From NCBI GenBank assembly GCA_964016885.1, contig OZ024749.1, positions 4,092,001 through 4,156,000 on the forward strand: a stretch of 64,000 bases of DNA. Direction: 5' to 3'. This DNA is from Eledone cirrhosa. Its lineage: Eukaryota. Both the position numbers and the translations under genes were made by a program. Below are positions 16,585 to 30,905 of this stretch, piece by piece (the first letter of the stretch is position 1; each line of letters starts with the position of its first letter). The notes under the pieces are model-generated. The model was given only the letters and a program-made list of their open reading frames with translations, was not told the origin of the DNA and did no database searches.

Positions 16585-17080
16585 AAGACAGCTGGTTTGT
16601 TGATCGGCGAAACAGCTGGCTCATTAAACTTGTATCCGAGTGGCTGAGCATTCTAAAGAGACGAGCATGTTTAACATTTCTTTTTGTGACAGCATGGGTC
16701 TAATGAATTTCGGATAATACTTATTTTTAGTGGCTGATTTCACTAGAACAACCAAGAGTTAAATGCCTTACTGAAGGACACTTAACGCCGCGGAGAATCG
16801 AACTGACAAGCCAATGGTGGAGAGCCGAATACTCTAACCACTAAACCAGGTGCCTTTGTTCGTAAAGTATATCTGCAGGTGGATGAGCATTCTACATTCA
16901 CCTACACACTTGACGTAGTTCTAAGAAAGATTCGGTTGACACACTGTGTCATTTCTTTTGATACCTGCTTACGCTGGAATAAATTGATCGAACGTGTATT
17001 AAATAAAGATAAAAGGCAATCCTGGGGACCGAACTCACGATTTTCGTCGTCAACCGAACACTCTAACAACTAAACCATGC
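16585..17080 (-). mobile_element. Two adjacent tRNA-derived SINE remnants
   Basis: Minus-strand A-box-like tggtttagtggttagagt and B-box-like gttcgattc at ~16790-16855; second head at ~17020-17080; similar head at ~14410-14471. Confidence 0.55.
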
Positions 17081-17776
17081 AGATCCACACCAGAACAATA
17101 TGGTATGAGACATTAGCATTAAGAAATATCTCATGAGAATTGTTAAAGTTTATAGACTGAAAGTCATGTGTCAGAAGATATTTAATTCCAATAATAATTC
17201 ACTTCTCGCGAGGAACACATGTTTTATGTTAGGCACGAGATTACAAATTAAATTTTAATGCGACAACTACTTTTGTTAATAGTGATACAAAAATATATTC
17301 ACTAAAATGGGCGGCGGTGGAGAATAAGGAGAGCTGGCAGAATAATGACGGAGCAATTAATTGGAATATCTCTTATAAAACATTCGTATATATTAATTTT
17401 GACAATTAAAGAATATTTATATCCATCCGTCCATTGGAGCTGAACTCCTAATATGGCTGTAGGGTCGCTACTGTTCTTTAATGTCTACCTTAGTTATGTG
17501 TTAGTGTGTGTCAATTAATCCAGTAGTGTATTCTCTTCATCAATGGATCTTTACATTTTAAGACATTCCTAATTACGCCATTGTATCACAGTGTCTGTCT
17601 GGGGTATTTAGATATGTCGATGCCCATTCTTCTCTAGGTGTGGACACAGACGAATTCCTCCCTATTAAGAGAGAGACATCAAGAAGGAGAGAGAGAATAA
17701 AAGAGAGAAAGGCGGAAATAAATAAAGAAGGATAGAGAGAGAGAGATAGAGAAATAGAGAGAGAGATAGAGAGATA

Positions 17777-17832
<56 letters not shown>

Positions 17833-18386
17833 GGGAGGCAGAGAAATAATCGATTACAGTAGATATGGTCCTGCATTTATTGATTCAGAAATAAGAGCAG
17901 CCATTCTATTCGACTTTCTAAAAATTATAAAATAACATCATCAACTAGAGCAGATATGTAATTTCTGAGATAATCTTTATTGTAGTACTACGTAGTGTAG
18001 GCGCTGTTTGTAGTTCGTCTTTCCAATTTACGCTGTTAAGTTCTGTCCTCGAGCAAAACAATTTATTTTATCTTTCTTCACTCTGGTAAGCTGTCAAACT
18101 ATGCCTTATATGTGCAACTCAAAGGACAACCTCAACACTAACGATATCATGTTGAATACTCCTGATAACCACATTAAAGGTAATCCTATCTATGGAAGGC
18201 TCAGTCACTAGTTGGTTAATTTCGGCTGATTATTTCGTTGCTCGAACAAATAGAGCATCTGACAACAAAAATACTACGTTTCCCTACACAGGGACGCTTC
18301 CACTGTTAGAAACATACACAGACATAAACATAAGAGATTGATTCAAACACTGAATAATGGGAAAAGAATCCCAGTATATATATGCA

Positions 18387-18490
<104 letters not shown>

Positions 18491-18528
18491 GTGTGTGTGT
18501 ATATATATATTTATATATATATATATAT

Positions 18529-21500
18529 CTAGGGTGGGTAAAATTACCGAGATCCATGGACGAGTTCTCTCCAGTGGTCTCTGTCCCTCATTATCGCTGC
18601 CATGTCCTGCGTCTCCAACAGAGCAGTGTGTCCATGTAGAGGCTCTCACAGGAGCAATGAGTGCAATGTCAACTCTGGATGTCGGTGAGCATGTCCAGCT
18701 AACCTCAGTCTCCTCTGTGTCACTTTTGAGCTGACGTTTGGGAGGCTCCCGTACAGCTCTGAGTTTTTCATACTCAGTGTATACTGATTAATGTTCAGAG
18801 CCATCCTCAGCATTCTCGTGTAGCACCCATCCACTATCTGAGTGAGTTTCTGGGTCAGTGTCCAAATCTCAGACCCATACGGCAACGGAGAGGCGGATTT
18901 TCAGGTCTTTACGAAGGTCCGACTTCCACACCGATCTGAACCTGTGGCACGCCGCCCAAGCTTTGCTCTTCCTCTCAACCACATCTTTGCTCCCAAATAC
19001 AGGAAGTCCGCAACCAATTCTAGAGGCTTCACGCCTACATCAGTGACCTCCTCTGGTTTCTCAACAATCTCTACCAGATATTTTGTTTTAGGCTCATTCA
19101 TTCTCAGCCCCACACTCATCGACAGTTTCAATCTCCTGCATCAAATCCTCTGCCTCCATCACTGTATTTGTCACCAAAACTGTCGTCGGCAAATTCAGCA
19201 TCTGATATCTTTTTCGCCGGTGCTACAGTAAAGTCAGAGTCCTGGTGTTTCTCTGGTGCAAGGCGCATACAATAGTCCAGTAAGATGATAAAAAGGTAGG
19301 GAGCCAATGTATCTCCCTGGAACACTCCAGCCAGTATCTCAAAGAACTCATCAGGGGTAATGACTTGGGCTTTGGTATTGGTGTAGATCAGTAATATCAG
19401 GTCCACTATCTTCTTGGGGATTCCATAAGCCTGCAAGATCTTCATCAGGAATTGACAGTCCACAGAATCAAAGGCCTTCCTAAAGTCAATGAAAACTATG
19501 ACCGCAGGAAGGCAATTTGTTCTAGCTTCCTCTAATATCGTCCTCAGCATCAGGATGTGACTGGTGGTTGATCGTCCCTCTCTGAAGCCGTTCTGGTTGT
19601 CCGTGAGCTCTTCTCCATCTCACGCTGGATCCTGTTAAGAATCATCCTGTTGAAGGTCTTTGCCACAAGTGACGTCAGTGAGATCACCTGTAGTTGTTGG
19701 TGTTAGAGAGATCTCGTTTTTTTGACACTGGAGGACGATGCTACTGATCCTTCACTGATTTGGGGCAATTCCTTTCTCCAGTACCTGGTTACAGTACCCC
19801 AGGATGATATCATCAAAATTAGAGCTCTCCATCACCTCTGATGCCACTGCATCTTTTCCACGAGCCTTGCCCTCCTTGATCTTCTTTGCTCTTTGAACCT
19901 CCTCTCTGGTGAAGGGCTCTGTCTCAATATCCAGTTCTTCAAACAGCCGTCTGATCTCTCCAGTGCTCTGGGCTGTGGAGGGTGGCTCTCCTAGTAGGGT
20001 CCTAAAATGGTCTAGCTATTTCCTCTTCCTATCCTAGGTCCCTGTTCCCTGGATCTGACTCGAGCACCTTCTCTTCCTCCCTGTGATCTCGTTGATGATC
20101 ATCCAGCTCTCCTTATATCCAGACTTGTCACCGCTCTCTCCACACTTCTGATCTTCTCCATCATTGCCTCCTGTATGGTATAAAGTAAGTGGTACAAAGT
20201 TCTTCCATCATCATCTCCACAGTCTCCATCACTCCTCCGTAGGATCAGCATAGAATAGGTCCTTGGCAGCTTTCAGGTGTTCTCTAGCTGCACACACTTT
20301 TGGGTCGGCAGAGCTGACGTGCTTCCTTTTGTTCTTTCTCCTCGGCACCAGGGTCTCACTTGCTTCCGCCACTGCAGTGGTGAAGTGCCTGTACATCCTC
20401 GTCACACTCTCCTCAGTCCATCCAATCTCCTTCTCCTCTGTCTCTCCACACAGAGCACTGAACCTGTTCCTCACTTCCACTGAGAACCTCTCCTCTAGCT
20501 TATCATCTTCCTTGAAAGCTCCCCAGTCATAGATTGCTCTCCGGGGCTGAGCCTTGCTCTTTCTTAAGCTAACCCGGAGCTCACTCATAACAATGTTACT
20601 ACCCAGTGTACTGAAATAGTTGTATGGTTCTGCGTCAGAAAACTATTCCGCCACTTTTTCCTCACCTGAATGAAATCAATTTGGGACTTGGACAGGTGCA
20701 TATCTGAGATGTAGGTCCACATCTTCTCTGGATCGTTCCTAAACCATAGGTTGGTCACTATCAAGTTCGCCTCCAGCAGGGTGTCGCTCAGTAGTCTTCC
20801 ATATCGGTTGGTGTTGTTATGGAAGTCCCAGCAATGATCTTCACTACCCTCCTTACTCACATGTGCATTGAAGTCCCCCAAAACCAGCAGGATGTTGTGT
20901 GATTGTGTGGGGTTGACAACTCTACACACCATCTCATGGAACTCTTCCGCACTCATATCACTGTCTCCCTCGGTTGGACTATAGGCTGAGATGACTGTCT
21001 GTCTTGGGTTTCCATTGAAGTTCACCCTCAACACTCGCGGGGAGACAGGCATTATTTCCCTCACCAATAGACTGCTTTTTGTGCTGAAAACATAACCCAC
21101 TCCTCCCACTGCAGTATTGGTCATATTCCTCACTGCCGATGTGGCGATGAGCTGGCTCATTTTCCCAATCATCACACTCCTCACGGGCTCATCGTGTAGG
21201 AACATGTTTTCTTGGATCGCAAGTATATGTATACCACTCTCCTCGGACAGTTGTCCCAATTCCTCTCTCTTCTCCAGCGTCCGAATAGTCCTCACATTCA
21301 AAGTGCCCATTGTGATGGCTATTCTGCAGGACCATACTGCATTCTTTATATTTATCTCATAGACAGCTGATCCATCATCCACTGGCCCATCCCTGTGGCT
21401 CTAAACCAGCAGAGTCATAACGACCAGACTTCTCCTAGACAGTGTAATTAGGAGCTCTACCCCTAGTGCTGTTAGATAGACTCACCATATTTCTTTTCAA

Positions 21501-21705
21501 TGACTGAGAATACCATACCGTCGCCACTGGAATAAGGTAGTTATTTAACCCATAAATGGGGCCCTACTCCTGGCCAGAGCAGACCTGGGAGTTAAGACAA
21601 CTAAGGGGTAACCCCACATTCCCCACAGCTCCTGAACTTTCGAACTGGAGCATTGCCACTGGATGTAGTTTAATGTCATACCCAGGACAATATACCCAGG
21701 ACAAT
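18529..21705 (-). mobile_element. Near full-length, frameshifted RTE-clade LINE (5'UTR, APE endonuclease, RT) flanked by (TA)n
   Basis: APE ORF 20585-21382 (GTLNVR, IQE, YSPT, LGDFNAH, QIDFI); RT pieces (FIDFRKAFDS, GVFQGDTLAP, FADD, DFLYLG); C-terminus [25 protein letters not shown]; multiple stops and frameshifts. Confidence 0.9.
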
Positions 21706-21732
21706 ATATATATATAGAGAGATATATAATAT

Positions 21733-21973
21733 GAAAAAGTAAGACCCCGACGGCAGACTCAAGCCGTTTCGACGGCTATTTCTGGACTAAATTAGAATCG
21801 TTAAAGACATTCTAATTTTAAAAAATTCTAATTTAGACCAGAAATAGCCGTCGAAAGGGCTTCAGCTCTGCCGTAAGGATCTTATTTTTTCCTATTTCCC
21901 ACCCTACTACTCTAAGTATTGAGTACTCGGGTGCATTATGGTCCATCTGGTTCGTTACCACAATTCCTTTGTT
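21733..21973 (+). mobile_element. Fold-back mini-element (IR 21733-21891 plus tail); short version of the 52874-54424 family
   Basis: Arms contain ccagaaatagccgtcgaaa.ggctt..; tail matches 52874-52953 in reverse. Confidence 0.85.
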
Positions 21974-22049
21974 ATATATATATAAATATATAGATATCGA
22001 ATAAGAAAAAGCGAAGTAGTTTCAGATGTTAAAGTACTTTACGGATAAT

Positions 22050-22124
22050 GCTGTGATACATATTTCAATGATGACAGTGGCCACACGGCTCGGTGCGCCC
22101 AGTGCCGTGACATCATCAGACAGC
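22050..22124 (-). ncRNA. Type I hammerhead-like motif with enlarged stem II
   Basis: GCUGU-CUGAUGA-[~46 nt incl. CACGGC/GCCGUG]-GAAAU-AUGU-AUC-ACAGC; perfect 5-bp stem I. Confidence 0.6.
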
Positions 22125-22574
22125 TTGTTACATAATAAGGTTATGTTTCCGAGGCAATCCAAATTGAATAGACATGGGAACAACATGGGAACGGACAAAG
22201 CGTATGCTCTTGAGTTCTTCGCCCGTTCTCTTGTGAGTCCCAATTCACCCCCACCGGTCTACGCAGGCGCAAGTCCGTAGGAAGTTGACCATCAACTACC
22301 GCAGAGTTCTACGAAACTCGCCTAGGCATGTTCCCCTCTCAACCAAACAATGACCCCAAGAGGCCTGTAATATGACACGGTTATAGCTTACTGCTAGCCA
22401 CCCTGTTAGTGGCAGCTGGCCGAAAGCTAGAGGTGGCGGGAGAGTATGAGTACCAATGTGTCGTAATATTACCCCTAAATTTAGCATGGGCAGTAGAATT
22501 GACCAACAACCGCTAAGAGAAAATATACTTATTTCTAGGTATATGGTTTTACCGTGGAAATTATGAATGAGAGG

Positions 22575-24270
22575 GTTTCTGGAGTATAATATTCGATGAT
22601 ATTAAATAAATGGAAACTATATTTATAAAACCATATTTATTCTATTATATACATATCAAAATAACAACAACTCCAGAAAATGTAACTGTAGAACTAAATC
22701 AAATTGCACTTTACAAAATAATTGCTTAGACAAAAACGCAATTTATAAATGCACTGTTAAAACTAGGGACAAAATATTTAACTATATTGGTGCCACTTTT
22801 ACAAAATACAAAGAACGCTGGTACAACCATAAACATACATTTAATAAGTCCGATAAAAAATCTTCCACTTCACTTTCACATTTAATTTGAAATATGGCTT
22901 TCTCAAGATTCTGTCACTTGTGTATCGAGGAGATTTTTATATAATTAACTGTCAAAACTCTATTAATCTTAAAACATAATTATTTTCTAGTTGCAGACAT
23001 CGCCAAGACTCCACTTTCAGAAGTATTTTTAATTCATGATATTCATTACACTTGATTATATCTTAAACACCTTTAAAATGATTCTATTATTTACTGAAAA
23101 TTAAAATGTGTTTAAATGATCTTCCTTCTTAATTTTAATATTTTTACCGTTTGACGCTATTTTCTAATGATACTCCTCTAAATATAGTTTTTTAGATGTA
23201 GATTGATAATCTTTAATTGACATTCTGAAAGTTATCCTCTTTACGATAGTTCTTCGAAATGCACAATACTTTTTTCCTCTTCTTTGATCTTCAATCTTTC
23301 ACAAATCTCTCGACTAAAATAATATATAATTGAAACTCTAATCCTTGATAAAATTAATCTCACACAAAATAATGTATAATTTTCTCTATATATTTTCTGA
23401 GTAAATAATTCATCAACTTTGGAATTATCTTTTCCTTTTCAATCGAGCAAACATAAACATTTTAATATAATATGTATTATAAACTATATAACTTCGCTAA
23501 ATTATAAATATTCTGAAAAGAGGCTCAATGTTGGAACAAAATGTTAAATCTACAAATTGTCCTCCTCTTACAACTTGAACTACGTGTTATGTTTATGTAA
23601 AATGCAAAATCAACAGCCTTCATAACTTATATGTGAAATGTAAACAACTAATACTTGCGATTTATTTCTATTTCTATAAAATCACCAATAATACATTTAC
23701 ATGCACAATTATTAATCTATATAGAATTGTATATACTTACAACCTGTTGTAATGTAATAAAATAAACGTACTTACAACCATAATTCTTCATATAATCTGA
23801 TCGATTATGTATACAATATTATAACTCATAATCTAGCTAACTAATTTTTAAATTCTTGAATCATATTCCCCCATTCCTACAAACTGTTAATTATTTTTAA
23901 ATTAATGTAAATACAAGCTCTTCTCTCTTTCTTTTTCTTCTTCCTACACATACATATATCCTAATAAATATTTAAATCTACATAGCGTCTAAATATAACG
24001 TTTTTTTCAACCCTATAACCTCAACATCATTTGCATACTCATCTTAATAATTTGAAATAATTGACTTTTCTTCTTTTTTCCCGCCATTCCTTTACTATCC
24101 AGGAATAACTTGAACTGTTAAGATCCTATTCCTGGTTATGTCAATATTTATGAAACAAACTTTGTATTTTATCTGAAGAGTGCGTACCAATGGTTTGGTA
24201 CCCTTGAAATATATATAATATAATAAATATGGGTTTATAAATATAGTTTCCATTCATTTAATATCATTGA
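22575..24270 (+). mobile_element. 5'-truncated Naiad-type Penelope-like element: inverted pLTR piece, GIY-YIG remnant, long AT-rich 3' region, pLTR with HHR (24165-24225)
   Basis: 22660-23010 translates to CNCRTKSNCTLQNNCLDKNAIYKC..NYIGAT..KERWYNHKHTF..TSLS, then CHLCIEE..INLKT*LFSSCRH (frameshifted); 22596-22657 is inverted relative to ~24205-24268. Confidence 0.8.
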
Positions 24271-24390
24271 GTATATATATATATATATATATAAATATAT
24301 ATAAAATGTGGAATTTTCATCTGCTTATGAAAGATATTTATTGTGTATCAACCTGCTACACGCGTTTCGCTAAGCATGGACTCAAGGTAA

Positions 24391-24513
<123 letters not shown>

Positions 24514-24895
24514 TGTATATATATACAACAAGTATAAGTGGGAAGAGCAAATACACATATTCTACCAAATTTTTCGCAATTTCACACAATTTCGATTGGT
24601 ATGCAGCTAAAGTGCAACTAAAGTGGACGCGTGTTATCGACTTTTCAATAGCCGTTCAATGAACGCAGAATTTCCTGAATTGACCGCCACCATTAAACAA
24701 ATTCTGGAGAGAGAGAATTATCACATGGTATAACGGTCACAAGAATGGCAGTAAAGGATACAGCCCTCCCAAACTTGCGACTGGTGGTCTTGACAACAGG
24801 CGAGAATATATGGTTTTCTCATATGTGTAAATGAGGTCATTAATCTCATGTGCATATGAAGCTGCTTAAGTTGACTCAAATTATTATAGAATAGA

Positions 24896-25279
24896 ATTAG
24901 GATTTAGCTTCATGCATAGCTGTATACAAATATGTGTAGAAATTTCGTGTTTCTAAAGAAATATGGTATGCTTACAAAGTAAACATTTAGAAAGCCATAT
25001 CTATGGAAAACAGTTGGGTTATCGCCAGGGAGTCAACTGTCGCTGCATTTCGAACTTAACTGGTTCTAATCGGAATGATTCCTCCTGTTTACTAGACCAG
25101 AAGTTGCAAATGTGGGAAGGATCGTCCTGATGAGTACCAGTTAAGTTCCAAATGCCTCTACGGTGTTTTGCATACTTACGGCTTTCTAAATGTTAACCTG
25201 TAAACATAATGTATTTCTTTAGAAATACGAAATTGTAATACATACCTGCATACAGCTATACATGAAGCTAAATCCTAAT
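24896..25279. mobile_element. Diverged fold-back element (~170-190-bp arms) with HHR remnant
   Basis: attaggatttagcttcatg.. / ..catgaagctaaatcctaat; cctgatgagtaccagttaagttc at ~25127-25150. Confidence 0.75.
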
Positions 25280-25286
25280 GATATGT

Positions 25287-25338
<52 letters not shown>

Positions 25339-25495
25339 CACGACTGGTTATAAAGTTATAAACAAAGTATTGGAGATCGCTTGACGCAAACTCATGCAGG
25401 TAGCGAACTCTAGACCTACCAGATCAAAGAAACAATTGTCAGCTATGTGAATAAAGACCTTATTGTATAGCGAAACATGTCACTCTTCTTTCCTG

Positions 25496-25566
<71 letters not shown>

Positions 25567-25952
25567 GGGGGGATATGCGACCAACAATGAATAAATTATA
25601 TGTCAAAACATGTGAATAGAGCTATTTCATAAAAAAAAAATTATCAGCAGGGGAGTTTAGAAACCACATCAAAATTGGCACAGTGAGAAAGTACATTGTT
25701 GCGGGGCGATGATTACTTTGTCCTTATGCTGTCATCTGTTCGGGCATGTGCACTATTAAACTTGGGCAGGTGACTTTAGTGACTTTAAGACAAGCTGAAT
25801 AATGTGATAGAATTCGAACAACTATTTATCTGAGAAAAAATGGTATCCATCGGTAAAGGTAATGCGATTTTTTTTCGAAAGAAAATTGCACAAGATACGA
25901 AAAACATTGATATCTGATCTATAAACACCGGATGCTTATACACACACACACA

Positions 25953-26006
<54 letters not shown>

Positions 26007-26021
26007 CTTATGGGTTTGTGA

Positions 26022-26067
<46 letters not shown>

Positions 26068-26403
26068 TTTTATACAAATATACACACAGCCTATGAATGC
26101 GTATGTTGGTGTATGTGTATTTGTCTAACGTGTGTTTGATGCAGGAAGAAAGATCAAAATTAGAGTTGGCTGTTATTTTTTTTTCTACGTGAAATTTCAA
26201 ACAATGGCCAGAAGGTGATGTGACATTTCACATGATTAAATGTCAACAAACCGGTGAGAAAAACAAAATTGAAAGCAAAGAAAGAAATATACCGAAATAT
26301 ATAAAATAAACTAATAGAAAGATGTGAGGGCTTATTTGAATTATACCGAGTCTTTCATATCACGAACATTTACTTAATGTTCGGTATACGTGTGTTTGTC
26401 TCC

Positions 26404-26538
<135 letters not shown>

Positions 26539-26640
26539 TATATATACATATATATATATATATTTAATTATATATATTTACATAAATATATACACATATA
26601 TATATATACACATATATATATATATGTATATATATATTTA

Positions 26641-26706
<66 letters not shown>

Positions 26707-26766
26707 TTTGTATTTATAAATAACAAAAGAAAAAGAAAAAAATGAGATGTCCTTCACGGGTAAAAA

Positions 26767-27064
26767 TATAAGGAAAAGAAATCGAAAATGCAACTGGAGG
26801 CTTTTTAAGAATATTTACTTATTTCCTTTACCTGTTTCACAGTTCCTATGCTTGTCACAAGTAAAATTGATATGGAGGTTTTGTGGTTTGTCTCGTGAGA
26901 CAAATTGAGATGGAGGGTTTGTGGTTTACCTCGTGAGATAAACCACAAAACCTCCATGACAATTTTACTTGTGGGAAGCATGAGAACTGTGAAACCGGTA
27001 AAGGAAATGAATAAATATCTTTAAAAAGATTACATTTACATTTTCGATTTCATTTCCTAATATA
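26767..27064. mobile_element. Fold-back element with duplicated centre
   Basis: Arms ~26767-26895 / ~26935-27064; GAAAC-CG-GTA plus AATAAA in the right arm. Confidence 0.8.
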
Positions 27065-28079
27065 CATATATATACACACACACACACATATATATATATA
27101 TATTCTGCATATATATATATATATATTTACACACACACATATATATATATATATGCAGAAGGATTATATGCAATAAGTGTAACAGTTGACAATTTATATT
27201 ATGAACATCTATAAACTGTTCAGTTGAATGTGTTTATCGTCGTGTTTTGTGTTACCAATTGTTCATACTACTGAAGTCATTATGTAAATGACAGAATCGC
27301 GTAACATTTGATATTTAGGTATCTGTTGCAGTGAGGCTGTGTGTCCTTGCAACACAGCCACGCCGACAAGATTTATTATAGTATATAAAAATTAATAATA
27401 TAATGTCCTTTATTCCTGTACAAGCACACATAGAAACGTTTGTGTAGAATTACATAATATATGTTAGCAAGTTACTGGTTCTTCCGGGATTTCAATAATT
27501 CTGCTGAGAGATTTTGAATGATCTAAATTGTGAACTCAATCATTTAATTCAGATTGGGTCACAATTTTAGGTCTCCTAGCATGTTGTGTGTGAGTTTTGA
27601 CACACAATATCACTCTCTCTTTTACTCTCTCTACACCTTTCTCTTTCTTTCTTTCTCTCTCGGTGTTTTGATCCATGAAATAGCTGTCATTAAATTCTAC
27701 TTACGACAAACACCAGATTAATAACGGGAAATTTGGTTATTTTAATAAATGCCATTTCATTTTGGTATATTTACAATCCTATGTGTACATCATATGTGAA
27801 TGGCATTCGTTGGGTATGCGAGAACAGAAATTATTTAACATTCTTCAGTGAGTGCCATAGCTCTAATTATCGGTTCTATCTTCGCCTGAACATGTTCCAC
27901 TTCATATGAGTCAAGGACTTATGTGACACTTGTGCAGTTTGATATAGAAAATTCCATGTGTAAAAGAGTTTGAGTTATTTCATCTATCGATGTATAATTC
28001 ACCAAGCAACTCTCATGTTGGTAGTAGTCTTATTATGCTATAATGTATTTGTTACTCTGTAACCTATCGCGTAACGTTA

Positions 28080-28494
28080 GGTGATAGAGTCCGTAGCTCG
28101 GAGATCAGAGTCACTTCCGGTAGAGACGCGACTTCTCTGAATTGAGGAATCACAGCTCCGATACTATGGGCATGTGTTTGGAATGTCGCAGGAAATAATT
28201 GCGGGGGAGATTTTATGGACAATACCAGCCGGCAGGAGACACCACGGTTAACACGGAGCACCACGGGGGGCTAACATCCATGATCTTGGCCGGTCTCGTT
28301 TGGGGATGTAGCTGGATCAGTTGGATACAGTTGCTTTTTACGGCACCTGCTGGAAGGAATGTTTTTTTAGGACTCTGCCCAAAAGGCCCTCTCAGGAATA
28401 AGTGAGCGAAGAAAAGAAGAAGAAGAAGAAGAAGAAGAAGAAGACGAAGAAGAAGAAGAAGAAGAAGAAGAAGAAGAAGAAGAAGAAGAAGAAG

Positions 28495-28540
<46 letters not shown>

Positions 28541-28555
28541 GCAACAACAAGAAGA
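28080..28555 (+). mobile_element. 3' fragment of RTE-clade LINE with (AAG)n/(AAC)n tail
   Basis: IEESQLRYYGHVFGMSQE..PAGRR (cf. IERSQLRWFGH..PxGxRPRG), followed by the microsatellite tail. Confidence 0.7.
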
Positions 28556-29249
28556 ATTATCTCAAAATATTCACTTATGTTTCCAAGGGTAGTTGACTGG
28601 CCTATATTACTGAATTTAATTAATAACAATGTAAAATCTGAATCTAGTTGCAGAAAAAAACAAACAATTATTGAACCAATATTGAAATAAAGATTTCATA
28701 AACGACGGTTTTCTATTATATTTTCAATATTAAAAAGCGAGGAACGCTTGCTGAACCCTTCAAGAACACGGGATCTCCCTGGTCAATAAATCAACATGAA
28801 TTTACATTTCAAGCTATCTGAGGCATTTCCACCCAATAAAATCCCTAACGATCATAAACACCTTTGAACTCGTGATGCACATTTTTCTTTCCACACCATA
28901 GAATTTAATTAGGTATTCTCTTCCAAATAAATCCCGTTTTATGAATTCATGTTTACATACACCCCAAGCATAAAAATAATTTCTTCCTCAGCTGAATAAA
29001 ATATACCGGTGTTAAATTTCTTATTGCACCTTATAATGTCCGGATAGTTTGTGTAGCAGTCTTAAACTGTCACCAGATTTTTAGCAACTTCAGCGATGTG
29101 CCCTCTGATGGAATCATGTAGTACAGACCCTAAGTTTGTGGTGACATTCCTCGCGCTGAGTCTTCCTTGAATCGCTGAAGCCGTAAACAATTATTAATGT
29201 ATTTCAGACAGATTTCTAATCTTGTATTTTTAAGCTGAACATTTGTTGC

Positions 29250-30038
29250 ATATATATATATATATATATCTTTTTTTAATATACATTTTTATGTGTATTT
29301 GGTGTATTCATTCGTATGCGTGCGGGTATAGGCGTTGCGTGTGTTCTGTATGCACGTGCGGTTTTTTGTTTTGTTTTGTACGTGCGTGTATTTGTTTACC
29401 TATCGCTTATGCTTGTGTATGTTCGTATATAGATGCGTGTATGTATTTATTTAATTTCTATTACCTCTGTATTTTATTTACTTTATTCTTAACTCTGAAG
29501 CTGAGAATCATTCGGTTTCCTAGTTAGAATTTTAGTCTACGATTTCAGAAATACCATTTACGTGGTTTTATCGTTGCGTACGATTGTTCTCCGCGCTCCA
29601 GATATGACGTATTATCCTCGTTTTTTTTTGTTCATTGCCAGAGAACGTCTCTATGAACTACCTAATAGAATATTAGTCTACGACTCCTTTTATACCATGT
29701 ACGTAGTTTTGTCTTTGTAATTGTTTTTCACCGCTCCAAATAATGACGTATTATATTCGTTTTTTCCCGTTCTTTGCCAGGGAGCGTTTTCATGAACCAA
29801 AGTATCTTCTTCCTGTCTTCCTCTGGTTGCAACGTTTTTTGAAATATTCACTTCTGCGTTCACAGATTGAGTTTGTTAGTTTCAGAAGATCCGTTATGGG
29901 TGAAACCAGCGATTCTCTGCTTAAACTTTAATCTGTTATTTTAATAAATATTTGCTCTACGGTTCTTATATATTTGATATATATTTTTCTTTATCGAGCC
30001 CTCTTTGGATTTTAGTCTTCAAATTTATTATTATCACT

Positions 30039-30042
<4 letters not shown>
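29250..30042 (+). mobile_element. Dispersed non-coding element (copy 2 of 12940-13640) with extra 3' tail
   Basis: Colinear similarity; tail identical in large part to 49066-49135. Confidence 0.8.
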
Positions 30043-30110
<68 letters not shown>

Positions 30111-30532
30111 ATATATATATATATATGTGTGTTGGTGTGTATGTGCCTGGATGTTTCTACGTGTGTGTGTCGTGAGTCTGTGTGTATATGTATGTGTGTG
30201 TATGTGCAGGCATAAGCTGGTAAAGAGATGCAGCAAGAAATTTACTGGGAAGATACCGGAATAAATAAATAAGTCGAACAAATTTGTACGTCGAATTAAT
30301 TTGTCTATATTTACTTGACATTAATGCTACCTTCAGTTTATTAAAAATAGGATTAACTGATAAGAGAGTAAAAAAGAACAAAACTATTTTAGGAAGGATA
30401 TGAGAGAAAAAAAGAAGCCTTTTGAACGATCAGAATGAAGTACATATGTCTTATCAACCTTATAAATATACCGTGTGTTTAGCAAGACTTTAGTGAAATA
30501 CAATCCTAAAACACAACCTGTATCACACATTA

Positions 30533-30723
<191 letters not shown>

Positions 30724-30905
30724 GTATATATATATATTCATTACTTAAGCAAAGACAAGAGCACACATTTCACAAAGAAGACCTTATTTAAAGAAAGTCA
30801 ACATAGTTTCAGTATATGTGAGGAATATGGATTGTAATTATAATTTAATGTAAGGAATATTAATAATAATAATAATAACAATAATAATAATAATAATAAT
30901 AATAA

